Positions 1-9,045 of a DNA stretch of 64,000 bases are shown piece by piece. How positions within the stretch are numbered: position 1 is the first letter of the stretch; each line of letters begins with the position of its first letter. The notes under the pieces were generated by a model, which made no database searches, was not told the origin of the DNA, and saw nothing but the letters and a program-made list of their open reading frames with translations. Position numbers and translations under genes: made by a program. Source of the DNA: Alkalispirochaeta sp. (GTDB lineage Bacteria; Spirochaetota; Spirochaetia; DSM-27196; Alkalispirochaetaceae); NCBI GenBank assembly GCA_965601925.1, contig OZ271854.1, positions 3,104,001-3,168,000 of the forward strand, given 5' to 3'.

Positions 1-123
1 CGCCTCCGGGGTGATCCCGAACTCTTTGATGATGAGAGCATCGCCGGATATTTGGGGGGGAACCTGGCCAAGCTCATGGTCCGGATAGGCGAGCGCGTGC
101 TCAGGACGGAAGCGCGCGTGTAG
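1..123 (+). CDS. 3' end of a gene entering from the left edge, possibly an amidohydrolase-family protein
   Basis: Frame 1 is open from the edge and reads RLRGDPELFDDESIAGYLGGNLAKLMVRIG...RV*. The 'LGGN.A+L' ending is typical of TIM-barrel amidohydrolases. Confidence 0.45.
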   Translation, partial: RLRGDPELFDDESIAGYLGGNLAKLMVRIGERVLRTEARV

Positions 124-458
124 AGAGTGAACAGCTTCGGTTTCAGTCGGAGAGGTTGCAGTATGAGACCAATGGGGTTGACCTTCCACACATAAAAAGG
201 GGGGTGTGTTATGGGAAGTCTGCGGGAGCCGCGTAGGTCAACGTCGTTCCATGTGGGATGCCATATCTAACCGACGTGTTCGATGTCGTCTACATCGCTT
301 TCAGGTCTTTGAGGCCAATCGGTGCGTTTCACACCTCCCGTTTGTCGTACAATCGGAGCGATACACCGTTTCCCGGGCGCCGAGGGTCGCCGTTACGATC
401 GGGACCGCGACGACGATCTGTGTAGCTGCGATCACCGTCTTCCTCACTCCTTCCTCTC

Positions 459-1049
459 CTATTCCGAGGCTGTCCGCGACTCCGTGCCGACCTGGGACCG
501 GCGGGACAGCTCCTCGGGACCGTCACCCGCCTCGATCGATCTGATTCTTTGCACCGCGTTTTCACAGAAACGGCGAACATCTTCGGCACTCGCGCGGTAG
601 GCGGAGGTTTCGGTTCGGGTAGGTGCGGTTTCATCCGGAAGGACATCGGTGATTGGGTATTCAAGAACCGACAACGGTTTGACATTGATTCGTTTGGTGA
701 GATCCTGCGCGATTCCGGTATTGGCTCCGTCTGCGCCGCCACAGAGCGAAACGTAGACGTAGCGGCGGATCTTTCCCCTCATTCGCCGGATTGCCGTACG
801 AAGCGGCGAAGGTATCTTGCCCATCCACACGGGCGCGACCATTAAGACGAGCGAGTCCGATGCCGGAACTTCGAACTCCGGTTCGATTTCCGGCATCCGC
901 CCAAGCAGCATGTCGATCGCGATCATCGGAATCGTCCGGGGTTTACACGGTGCTATCTCGATGTGTTCGGCTCCGAGCTCGGCGGCAATACGGCGTCCCA
1001 GGGCGGTGTTATTGCCTGTGAGCGAGTACGAGATTACGGTTGCTTTCAT
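459..1049 (-). CDS. Flavodoxin-like protein
   Basis: SYSLTGNN phosphate-binding loop, APVWMG motif, flavodoxin size, GGAGAGAGG RBS. Confidence 0.75.
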   Translation of the reverse strand: MKATVISYSLTGNNTALGRRIAAELGAEHIEIAPCKPRTIPMIAIDMLLGRMPEIEPEFEVPASDSLVLMVAPVWMGKIPSPLRTAIRRMRGKIRRYVYVSLCGGADGANTGIAQDLTKRINVKPLSVLEYPITDVLPDETAPTRTETSAYRASAEDVRRFCENAVQRIRSIEAGDGPEELSRRSQVGTESRTASE

Positions 1050-1161
1050 TCCTCTCTCCGTTATTGATAGGTTGGCGTGAGTGTAGGATCGGCCGAGTCT
1101 CCATGGTATAGTAAAAAATCATCATCCAGGCGTGGCGACAGCCGCAGGAGGTGATTGCGTA

Positions 1162-1917
1162 ATGACGAATCAGGACTTCGTGACTCGAATCCTCGAGTTT
1201 ACGGCCCATCCGGGCGAGAGCGAGACAGACCCGATCGCCTTCCATAGGCGCGCGCTCGAACGACTCGATCGGGTAGAGCGAACGGCAATCTACATCATTG
1301 ACATGGCGCAGATGCGGTATGTGTTCTTGCCGTCGGTGCGGCGGTTCTCTCTCGCGTGGGACATGGATCGAGTGGCGGAAGTCGGCGCGACCTACTTCTT
1401 CGATCACATGCACTCTGAGGATCGGCAGATGGTCATGGAGTCGGTCCTCGAGTACTTCCGGTTCCTCTACTCGATCGGAATCGATGAACGGCCGAAGTAC
1501 AAGTTGTCCATGGACTTCCGGATCGCCAATGCCGGCTCCAACTGGGTTCGAATCATTCAACAGGTGCTTGCAATTGAGTTGACCGAGGGCGGCGAAATCT
1601 GGCTCCTTCTCACGGTGAACGATCTCTCACCGGTCCGCGACGAGAGCGTGCCCGCACGGCGCTTCGTTGAGCACGTGGACACGGGCGAGCGGGTGCTCTT
1701 CCCGCCGGAGGATGCCGAGGTCGGCTCGCCGCTCACGCCGCGAGAGCTGGAAGTTCTCGGTCTAGTATCCCGCGGCTACGGGAGTAGAGAAGTAGCGGAC
1801 TTTCTGGGAATCAGCGTCAACACGGTCAACAACCACCGACAGCACGTACTGGAGAAGATGCGCGCCTCCAACACCGCCGAAGCACTGAGCTACGCGGCGT
1901 CTCTCTCCCTCATTTAG
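1162..1917 (+). CDS. PAS-domain LuxR-family transcriptional regulator
   Basis: PAS_3-like segment (HMHSEDR...DFRI...WVRI) and C-terminal LTPRELEVL...IS.NTV.NHR LuxR HTH. ATG 1162 follows AGGAGG. Confidence 0.85.
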   Translation: MTNQDFVTRILEFTAHPGESETDPIAFHRRALERLDRVERTAIYIIDMAQMRYVFLPSVRRFSLAWDMDRVAEVGATYFFDHMHSEDRQMVMESVLEYFRFLYSIGIDERPKYKLSMDFRIANAGSNWVRIIQQVLAIELTEGGEIWLLLTVNDLSPVRDESVPARRFVEHVDTGERVLFPPEDAEVGSPLTPRELEVLGLVSRGYGSREVADFLGISVNTVNNHRQHVLEKMRASNTAEALSYAASLSLI

Positions 1918-2647
1918 ATCGGCTCGTGCTGTACGAGATCGGGACACCATGCCCGCTTCGGTAGGTGATATCGGCCACCGCCACGCAGTACGCCACCTCC
2001 AGGAACATCCTCAGCGTCGAAAGGACGGCGCACGCATCGAACTCCGTGACCCCCATCGTGGATGAGCGGTTCGAAGACGAATCACCTCATCCCGAATAAG
2101 GTTACCGGTCGCCCACGGACGGCTATGTGGCGTTCGGGGCTCTTCTCATAACCCATCCTTTCCATGACATGAGCTGCTCCTCCCCGGAAAGAGCGTTATC
2201 CATGTCCGAACGGTTCACGGTGGGCTCTCCCACGTAGTCCATAAACTTAAGGAAAGGTGTGACCGCTTCATTGGATGGCCGTGTGGGTTACCTAACCATA
2301 ACCGACCATCGGTTATCTAAAACTCTCCGCAGCATTCCAATCGATCACGACATTCCGGTCGATTCGCAGCGGCTCCTTCGTAGTTCGATGAATCTATCGA
2401 GACCGGATTGTTTCACGAGTTCAATAGGCCGAAAGGCTTTCTTCCGCGTTTTCACGAAGTCGCACCGCGAATGGCGGTTTTGCAGGTGCGTCCGAGATTG
2501 CTCTTCCGGTGCTTCGTATACTTCTGAAGCCGGCTCTTGAGCCCATATACCGCCCCCTTTCGCGCACATGCAGCCCGACCATCCCTTCGCGCGCATACTC
2601 AGAGACGCGGTTTCCTATGATCGCACAATGAGTGAAAAATAAGACAG

Positions 2648-2677
2648 TTGTAATTATCATCTATTTATCGATATACT
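2648..2677 (+). promoter_or_regulatory. Sigma70-type promoter of the molybdoenzyme operon, overlapping an imperfect palindrome
   Basis: TTGTAA(2648-2653)-N18-TATACT(2672-2677) in an AT-rich patch. Confidence 0.55.
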
Positions 2678-2688
2678 AAGCACGCCGA

Positions 2689-5070
2689 GTGAAACCAACT
2701 CAGAGGGAGAATCGGACGTTGAAGAGAACAACAAGACCTCGCGTTGAAGGTCGATCAAAGGTAGCGGGTGCCGCCGCGTATGTAGATGACCTACGCGAAC
2801 GCGAGCTGGGCTTTGGGTACGACGTCGCCGTGGCCGTTACGAGTACCTGTGCCGTCGGAACAATCAAGGCCGTTGACACCGGAGCAGCCCAGGCGGCACC
2901 CGGCGTCAAACTGATTATGACCCATGAAAATGCGCCGAGGTTGAAGAAGGTGCTTGCCGTCGGCTTGGGCGAGGTTGGTGAGTTGCTTCCTCTCCAGGAC
3001 GACGATGTTCGGTACTACGGACAGTGTGTGGCGGTCGTTGTGGCAGATAGCCTTATCGCCGCCCAAGAGGGGGCCCGGTTGGTCGACGTAACGTACGAAC
3101 CCACCAAACGACCCGCCGCGTTTGCACTCGAGAATGCAGCAAATCGTCTAAAGCCGGTGAAGCGGGCGGGAATTGCACCGGGCACGCTGCGGCGCGGCGA
3201 CGCTATGGGTGACTACGAGATCTCACCGGTGAAGGTAGATGCTCATTATCACTGTGCGCCCCATCACCACAACTCGATAGAGCCGAGCGCCGTTGTCGCA
3301 AAGTGGGACGCCGACGGTGGGGTGACGATTCACGCAGCGGTGCAGTGGCACCATATTGAGACGCTGACGATTGCTCAGGCCTTTGGGCTCGGTTGGGGCA
3401 ACCGATTACCAGACTTCGCTGCGCGCATGTTTCTGGGCAGGGCGACAGAGGGCAAGGTTCGTCTTAAGAACGCTATGTCGGGCGGTGCGTTCGGACGCAA
3501 CATACACGCTATACACCTGTTTCTCGCGTGTATGGCCGCAAAGCTCACAAAAACGGCCGTGAAAGTCATCTTGACGAGAGAGCAGACCTATACCCTCTTG
3601 CCATATCGCGGGGAGGTAAGGCAGCGGCTCAGGCTCGGCGCGAATGAGCGCGGTAAGCTGAAAACGATGGTGCAGGAGCCCGACATTGCCGTCGGTGCGG
3701 CGGGAAAGTATGTCGAACCGGTAGGCGAAGTACCGTTTCAACTCTACGCCCACGATAGCCATTACCTACAACATCGCGTCGCAAAGTTGGACCTGAACGG
3801 AGTAGGGTGGATGAGAGGTCCGGGCGTCTCGAGCGCGGTCTTCGCCGTCGAGTCCGCAATGGACGAATTGGCACACCAACAGGGCCTCGATCCGTTAGCG
3901 ATGCGTCTTTTGAACCACGCCGACGTGAACCCCGAGAACGGAAAACCGTGGTCGAGCAAATCGCTGCGTGCGTGTTATGCCGCCGGCGCCGACGCCATCG
4001 GTTGGCACCATCGCTCGAAGGGCGGCACGGTGCGTAGTGACGGGCGGATCGTCGGCTACGGAATGGCCACCTCCTTTGACCTGGGCCGGCAGTTTCCGGC
4101 CAGCGCCCGAGTCGAGTTGTGCAAAGACGGTGGCGCCGTCGTTTCGGTGGCGATCGCCGAGCTTGGACAAGGTATTCTGTCCGCGTTGACAACCATCTCC
4201 GCCGAGTCCTTGGGCATCAACAGAGATCGAATCGTATTAAAAACGCAAGACACTACGCTTCCATACGGAGCCGGCAGCATCGGCTCAACGGGAACCTTCA
4301 GCAACGGAACCGCCATCTACGAAGCGGCGGAGACGATAAAACGCATCCTCATCGACTGGGTAGTGAGGGACAAACACTCAGCCATGTACGGTGAGGAGGT
4401 TTCAAAGATCACTATCCACGACGGACACATAGTCTCATCCGGTGGCGCCAGGGAAGCAGTTTCGGATGTCATGGCTCGCTACCCCGGGAGGTCCATAAGC
4501 CATCACGCCAAAACGGGTAGAACCTTCGGCAGGAGCAACATGGCGAAGGCCTCTTTCGGCGCGGTTTTTGTGGAGATATCCGTCGACCCGATAACCATGC
4601 ATCTGACGGTAGAGAGGATGGTCGGCGCATTTGCGTGCGGAAGAATCATCGAACCTGTGTTGGCCCGCAGTCAAATTGTCGGCGGAATGATCTGGGGTAT
4701 GGGGCAGGCACTCTTCGAGGAGACGCGGACCGACCCCAACACGGGGAAATGGGTAAACGGGAATTTGGCTGAAGCCTTTATCTCGACCCACGCCGACATT
4801 CCCGATATCGATGTCATCTTCATTGATGAGGATGACACCGTCTCGCACCCACTGGGTATGAAAGGACTCGCTGAAATCGGGGTCATTGGTCCCGCGCCCG
4901 CTATCGCCAATGCTTTTTTTGATGCGACGGGGAAGCGGCTCCACGCTCTTCCCATGTTGATAGAACATCGGCTTGCCGCCCCGATAGCGGCGCCCGGAAG
5001 GATGAAGCCGTCTCTCGGTAACGCGCTTGCCGTTTCCTCATCCGCGGCCGTTGGGGGGCCGGTACAATGA
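2689..5070 (+). CDS. Xanthine dehydrogenase family molybdopterin-binding subunit (PaoC/YagR-like)
   Basis: R.EG..KV.G.A.Y.DD start, GGAFG, WMRGPG, ELGQG, SQI.GG and KGLAEIG (catalytic Glu) motifs. True start may be TTG 2719. Confidence 0.9.
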   Translation: MKPTQRENRTLKRTTRPRVEGRSKVAGAAAYVDDLRERELGFGYDVAVAVTSTCAVGTIKAVDTGAAQAAPGVKLIMTHENAPRLKKVLAVGLGEVGELLPLQDDDVRYYGQCVAVVVADSLIAAQEGARLVDVTYEPTKRPAAFALENAANRLKPVKRAGIAPGTLRRGDAMGDYEISPVKVDAHYHCAPHHHNSIEPSAVVAKWDADGGVTIHAAVQWHHIETLTIAQAFGLGWGNRLPDFAARMFLGRATEGKVRLKNAMSGGAFGRNIHAIHLFLACMAAKLTKTAVKVILTREQTYTLLPYRGEVRQRLRLGANERGKLKTMVQEPDIAVGAAGKYVEPVGEVPFQLYAHDSHYLQHRVAKLDLNGVGWMRGPGVSSAVFAVESAMDELAHQQGLDPLAMRLLNHADVNPENGKPWSSKSLRACYAAGADAIGWHHRSKGGTVRSDGRIVGYGMATSFDLGRQFPASARVELCKDGGAVVSVAIAELGQGILSALTTISAESLGINRDRIVLKTQDTTLPYGAGSIGSTGTFSNGTAIYEAAETIKRILIDWVVRDKHSAMYGEEVSKITIHDGHIVSSGGAREAVSDVMARYPGRSISHHAKTGRTFGRSNMAKASFGAVFVEISVDPITMHLTVERMVGAFACGRIIEPVLARSQIVGGMIWGMGQALFEETRTDPNTGKWVNGNLAEAFISTHADIPDIDVIFIDEDDTVSHPLGMKGLAEIGVIGPAPAIANAFFDATGKRLHALPMLIEHRLAAPIAAPGRMKPSLGNALAVSSSAAVGGPVQ

Positions 5071-5534
5071 AAAAAACATTCGTTATTAATAATGAGACCC
5101 ACCATCTCGAGTTCGATCCACGCATGACGCTACTCGACCTATTACGTGAAAGGTTGGAGCTGATAGGGACAAAAAAGGGTTGTGACTTTGGTCATTGCGG
5201 CGCCTGTACGGTGCATATCGACGGTACGCGCGTGGCCTCCTGCCTAAAACTCGCCGGCACGGTCGACGGTCCGGTGACGACGATTGAGGGCATTGCCGAG
5301 GACGACCGGCTTCACCCGATGCAAGCGGAGTTTCTGGCATATGATGCGTATCAGTGCGGCTATTGCACACCTGGGCAGATCATGAGCGCGATCGCCTGCG
5401 TGGAGGAAGGGAAGGCGGGAACAAGGAAGGACATACGGGAGTCGATGAGCGGAAACCTGTGTCGCTGCTCGGCGCATCCCAATATCGTTGCCGCCATTGA
5501 AGCGTATCGCGATCAACGGGGAGGGAAGCAATGA
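5067..5534 (+). CDS. 2Fe-2S subunit (PaoA/YagT-like, no Tat leader)
   Basis: GTKKGCDFGHCGACT, QCGYCTPG and GNLCRC motifs; ATGA overlap with the upstream gene. Confidence 0.93.
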   Translation: MKKTFVINNETHHLEFDPRMTLLDLLRERLELIGTKKGCDFGHCGACTVHIDGTRVASCLKLAGTVDGPVTTIEGIAEDDRLHPMQAEFLAYDAYQCGYCTPGQIMSAIACVEEGKAGTRKDIRESMSGNLCRCSAHPNIVAAIEAYRDQRGGKQ

Positions 5535-6526
5535 AGCCTTTCACCATTGAGGACGCATCAAGTCCGCACGATGCGGCGAAGCGTTTTCATCGCCAACGTG
5601 GTAACGCCGTGTATTGTGCCGGCGGCACTACCATGGTCGACCTTATGAAACTCAACGTGAAGCAGCCGGAGCGAGTGATAAACCTCCTTCCGCTGCGAGA
5701 CGATTTGAACACGATCACTCTTGATCATCGAGGACTGACGATCGCCGCCATGGCGACCATGTCTGAAGTTATGGACAACCCCGTGGTAGCCGAATTGTTT
5801 CCGGTCGTCGCCGATTCTCTGAGACTTGCGGCGAGTGCACAAATACGAAACGCGGCAACCATTGGCGGCAACCTGTTACAACGGACGCGGTGCGCCTATT
5901 TCAGGGACGCCCACGCCGCCTGCAACAAGCGCGCCCCGGGCTCCGGCTGCGCCGCCTTGGGAGGGGATAGCCGGAGTCTCGCTATTTTGGGCACAAGCGG
6001 CCGGTGTATCGCAAACTATCCGGGTGACCTGGCTACCGCGCTGGTGGCGCTGGATGCGTCGGTAACGCTGTTGGATGAACGCGGAGAAGAGCGCGTTTTG
6101 AAGGTCGAAGAGTTGCACCGTGTACCCGGGGATCAACCCCATAGAGAAACCAACCTACAACCCGGCGAACTCATTACCGGCGTCACTATTCCTCCGCAGA
6201 GTTGGCGATCCTCCCTCTATCTGAAGATACGAGATCGTGCTTCGTACGCCTTTGCCCTCGCGTCCGCTGCAGTGGCTCTAAACCTCGATCGGACCGGAGT
6301 GCAGGATGTACGAATCGCTTTAGGCGGACTGGCGGCAAAACCGTGGCGATGTCGTGAGGCTGAAGGCTTCCTGAGAGATACACCCATCACTATGGAAACC
6401 GCTACGGAGGCGGCAAACATATGCCTTAAGGGTGCTGAAGTTGACGCCCACAGGCGCTTCAAGCTGGAGCTTGGAAAACGAACGATCGTACGCGCGCTGC
6501 TTAACGCGGCCAAAAGACAAGGCTAA
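5531..6526 (+). CDS. FAD-binding subunit with 4Fe-4S insert (PaoB/YagS-like)
   Basis: AGGT, QIRNAATIGGNLLQRTRC.YFRD...CNKR.PGSGC...C, KIRDRASYAFAL. Confidence 0.93.
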   Translation: MKPFTIEDASSPHDAAKRFHRQRGNAVYCAGGTTMVDLMKLNVKQPERVINLLPLRDDLNTITLDHRGLTIAAMATMSEVMDNPVVAELFPVVADSLRLAASAQIRNAATIGGNLLQRTRCAYFRDAHAACNKRAPGSGCAALGGDSRSLAILGTSGRCIANYPGDLATALVALDASVTLLDERGEERVLKVEELHRVPGDQPHRETNLQPGELITGVTIPPQSWRSSLYLKIRDRASYAFALASAAVALNLDRTGVQDVRIALGGLAAKPWRCREAEGFLRDTPITMETATEAANICLKGAEVDAHRRFKLELGKRTIVRALLNAAKRQG

Positions 6527-6844
6527 TCCCGCAGCTATTGAACGTAACGCGCTCGTGAGACGAGAAGACGAACATGATTGACCCAAACCCGGTCCGGTAG
6601 CGGCCGTTCGTAAAGAGGGTTGCCGAGAGTGACTTCAAAGAGCCGCCCGTCACCGAGCAGGATTCAACGGAGGAGATACTACGGTAGTGCAAAAGGGGAG
6701 TTCACGATACGATAGGGTCGTAATCGTAGGGAAACCGCGCCCGGTGCGGTCGTGATAGTATCAATACTGTGAATCAGGATTGCGAGTTGTCGGCGCACAA
6801 TTCGAAAGGACGTTCAATCTCTATAAGCGACCGATCGTATCACC

Positions 6845-7366
6845 ATGGCAAGACGTAACCGTGTACCCGTCCCTCCCATTTATTTTCACTACCACGATCT
6901 GTCGGAGCCTTTTGCGTCGGACACGGGCTACTTGCTTACATTCGTATCACAAATGGCCTACATGGCATTTGATGAAGCGCTCGAGCCCATGGATATCGAG
7001 GCTAGGCAGTATGGAGTTATGACCTTGATTGCCGAGGGAAAGCACCGCTCTCAAATTGCTATTAGCGAGAACCTCGGTTTTGACCGTACTCACGTGGTGC
7101 GGCTGGTAGATAGCTTGGAAGACTTAGGGTACGTGCGCCGCGAAAGAGACCGCAATGACCGCCGTTACTACAAGCTGTTCTTAACGCCGGCGGGGGAAGC
7201 GGCGCTGAAAGAGGCGAAAGAACGCGCCGACAACGCTCAAGCCGATACCTACGGCTGCTTGAGCGGGGAAGAGCGCGAGGCGCTGAACAAGCTCTTGCGA
7301 AAGTTGGGCGAGCAGAGATTCTCCAAAAAGCATGCCGGGTCAACCGACAAAGCCGCCGCGAGGTGA
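6845..7366 (+). CDS. MarR-family transcriptional regulator
   Basis: Q..I...LG.DR..V..LVD.LE..GYV.R.RD..DRR...LFLT..G winged-helix signature. Confidence 0.9.
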   Translation: MARRNRVPVPPIYFHYHDLSEPFASDTGYLLTFVSQMAYMAFDEALEPMDIEARQYGVMTLIAEGKHRSQIAISENLGFDRTHVVRLVDSLEDLGYVRRERDRNDRRYYKLFLTPAGEAALKEAKERADNAQADTYGCLSGEEREALNKLLRKLGEQRFSKKHAGSTDKAAAR

Positions 7367-7442
7367 TGTGAAGTCATAATCCAAGTAGAGCCGGTTCTCC
7401 CGCGGTAACTCGCCGAGGATTAGGCGGCCGTGCAATACTTTT

Positions 7443-7733
7443 CGACGCCCGGCGGACCGGTGGGCCGTGGCACCGGACGACTTCCGGCCCGGCGGATGCG
7501 TACCGCAGCGGCGCGGTGCCGACGCGAGGAACGCATCCATAGGGCCTGCTGAGTCCCGAGACACGGTCAGCCGGTCCGATGATGAGACATATCGCACCGA
7601 CCGTCGCCCACTCCCCAACCGTTACATCGGAGGGATGCGACATCTCGGCGGGGTCATGCAGGGACCGGGTGCCGGGGACGAGCGCGACTTCCGGTTCCTC
7701 TTGCTGAACGATCGCCACCGACGCCCGGTCCCC
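7443..7733. other. Highly self-complementary intergenic block (candidate structured RNA or MITE-like element)
   Basis: Three long imperfect inverted repeats: 7453-7469/7562-7578 with nested stems, 7585-7600/7627-7646, and 7661-7684/7709-7732. Confidence 0.35.
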
Positions 7734-7766
7734 TTACAACTCGTCGGGGATACGCGCCCGAACAGC

Positions 7767-8819
7767 CTATTGGTCGTCCGTCACCATCGTCGTGAGGTGG
7801 TGGCGCGTCAACTGGCCCATTGAGCGCGCTTCCAAAAAGTCGTCGTCGCGATGATATCGGGCGAGTCCGCCGGCGAGCTCGCGTACGCGATCGGGGGTCG
7901 ATATCTCGTCCTGCTCCATGCAGTACAAGAGGTCGTCGACGCGCGACCACGCCGTTCGTAACCGCCGCGCCATGAGACTGCGCTCCTCTTTCTGGTATTG
8001 ACGAATCGTTGCCGTGTCCAGAAGGCGCCACACCAAGTCGACCATCGTCTGGTTCTCTTCGTAGAACTGCGGGAGATACACCCTGAGCTCGCCCTCGTGG
8101 CTCTGTTGGTCGAAGTCGATCGCGCGTACCCGAATCTGATTCATGTCGAAGTCCTGGGTTATCACGACTACATAGTTGTAGCTGCGCATGTCGCCCAGAA
8201 GTTTGGCAAAGCAGCGCTCGGAGAATTTGACGAACTCTTTGGCGATGCGAATGCGCGCCTCCTCGGCGCCGAGATCGCGGTTTTTGAGAAAGACGTCTCC
8301 CGGAACGCCGGCGATGTGCTCCTCGATGAGCGTATCGCCCTGCGCGAGAAAGTCGATACGGTTGGGAGCCAGAATGTGTTCGAGTTCCAACCCATAGATG
8401 CGCGAGGCGTCGGCACGCTTGACGTAGTAGTAGTCGTGGTTGTCGTTGTAGCGATTCACGACTCGCACACGAAAGGGCTTGGAGTTGCCGAAGTTGCAAT
8501 ACTCCACGCGGCTGATGTAGAGGTGGTCGGTAAAGCCCGGATCGTCGGGCGTTTTTAGCCACGCATAGATCTTGGTCAGCTCCCGCGCCAGAGTCTCCCA
8601 CTCCCGTTGGGGGTAGATGACCCAGTCCCAGTAGGTGTCCTCGCCGGCATCGTTCTGCATCGGATAGCTTTCCATGTAGTCCAACAGGTCGCCGTACGCC
8701 ATGGAAAAGGGCGCTTTGCGATGGTAGTGCTCCAGGTACTCGTCAAACATCCTGGAGACGGGGTAGGTGGCCTTTTTCTTGGAGATATGGACGAACGCGC
8801 TCGTCGGAATTCGGCGCAT
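7767..8819 (-). CDS. Uncharacterised protein with atypical (PI3K/HipA-like) kinase motifs
   Basis: YYYVK (beta3 Lys), GLELE (alphaC Glu), LIEEHI hinge, LLGDMRSYNY (catalytic D...N) and RAIDFD (Mg-binding), in kinase order. Confidence 0.6.
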   Translation of the reverse strand: MRRIPTSAFVHISKKKATYPVSRMFDEYLEHYHRKAPFSMAYGDLLDYMESYPMQNDAGEDTYWDWVIYPQREWETLARELTKIYAWLKTPDDPGFTDHLYISRVEYCNFGNSKPFRVRVVNRYNDNHDYYYVKRADASRIYGLELEHILAPNRIDFLAQGDTLIEEHIAGVPGDVFLKNRDLGAEEARIRIAKEFVKFSERCFAKLLGDMRSYNYVVVITQDFDMNQIRVRAIDFDQQSHEGELRVYLPQFYEENQTMVDLVWRLLDTATIRQYQKEERSLMARRLRTAWSRVDDLLYCMEQDEISTPDRVRELAGGLARYHRDDDFLEARSMGQLTRHHLTTMVTDDQ

Positions 8820-8866
8820 GGCCCGTACCGTAGCACGCCTTTGCCCATTGTTGATAGAATCGGCAT

Positions 8867-9001
8867 ATGGCTGGACTGCTCATTTTCGTGGGGATCGGCA
8901 TCATCTTCGTGACGCTCTTGAAGGTGCAGTCGCGAAAGGACGGGAGCGACCGTCGAAGACGACGGCGCGGCGACGGTTGCAAGGACTGTGGGGACGAGTA
9001 A
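8867..9001 (+). CDS. 44-aa single-TM microprotein with Arg run and C-terminal CxxC (not in ORF track)
   Basis: MAGLLIFVGIGIIFVTLLKVQSRKDGSDRRRRRRGDGCKDCGDE*. TGnTAGAAT (8852-8860) lies 6 nt before the ATG. Confidence 0.6.
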   Translation: MAGLLIFVGIGIIFVTLLKVQSRKDGSDRRRRRRGDGCKDCGDE

Positions 9002-9045
9002 ATGGCGTTACGACGTGGAATCGCTCGCTCACATAGGTGTGGGTC

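Noticed and set aside
1918..2640. Long gap with short ORFs, possible pseudogene or IS scar
   Set aside because: No recognisable protein motif or IR in the frames I read; left unannotated.
6527..6844. Possible Moco riboswitch near the molybdoenzyme (GGGAAACC)
   Set aside because: Lies downstream of the operon and lacks the other conserved Moco motif elements.
7374..7823. 114-118-aa ORFs; 'SLHDPA' recalls the antisense of the IS5 'RWVVER' motif
   Set aside because: The opposite-strand frame does not read as a transposase; no terminal inverted repeats or target duplication found.
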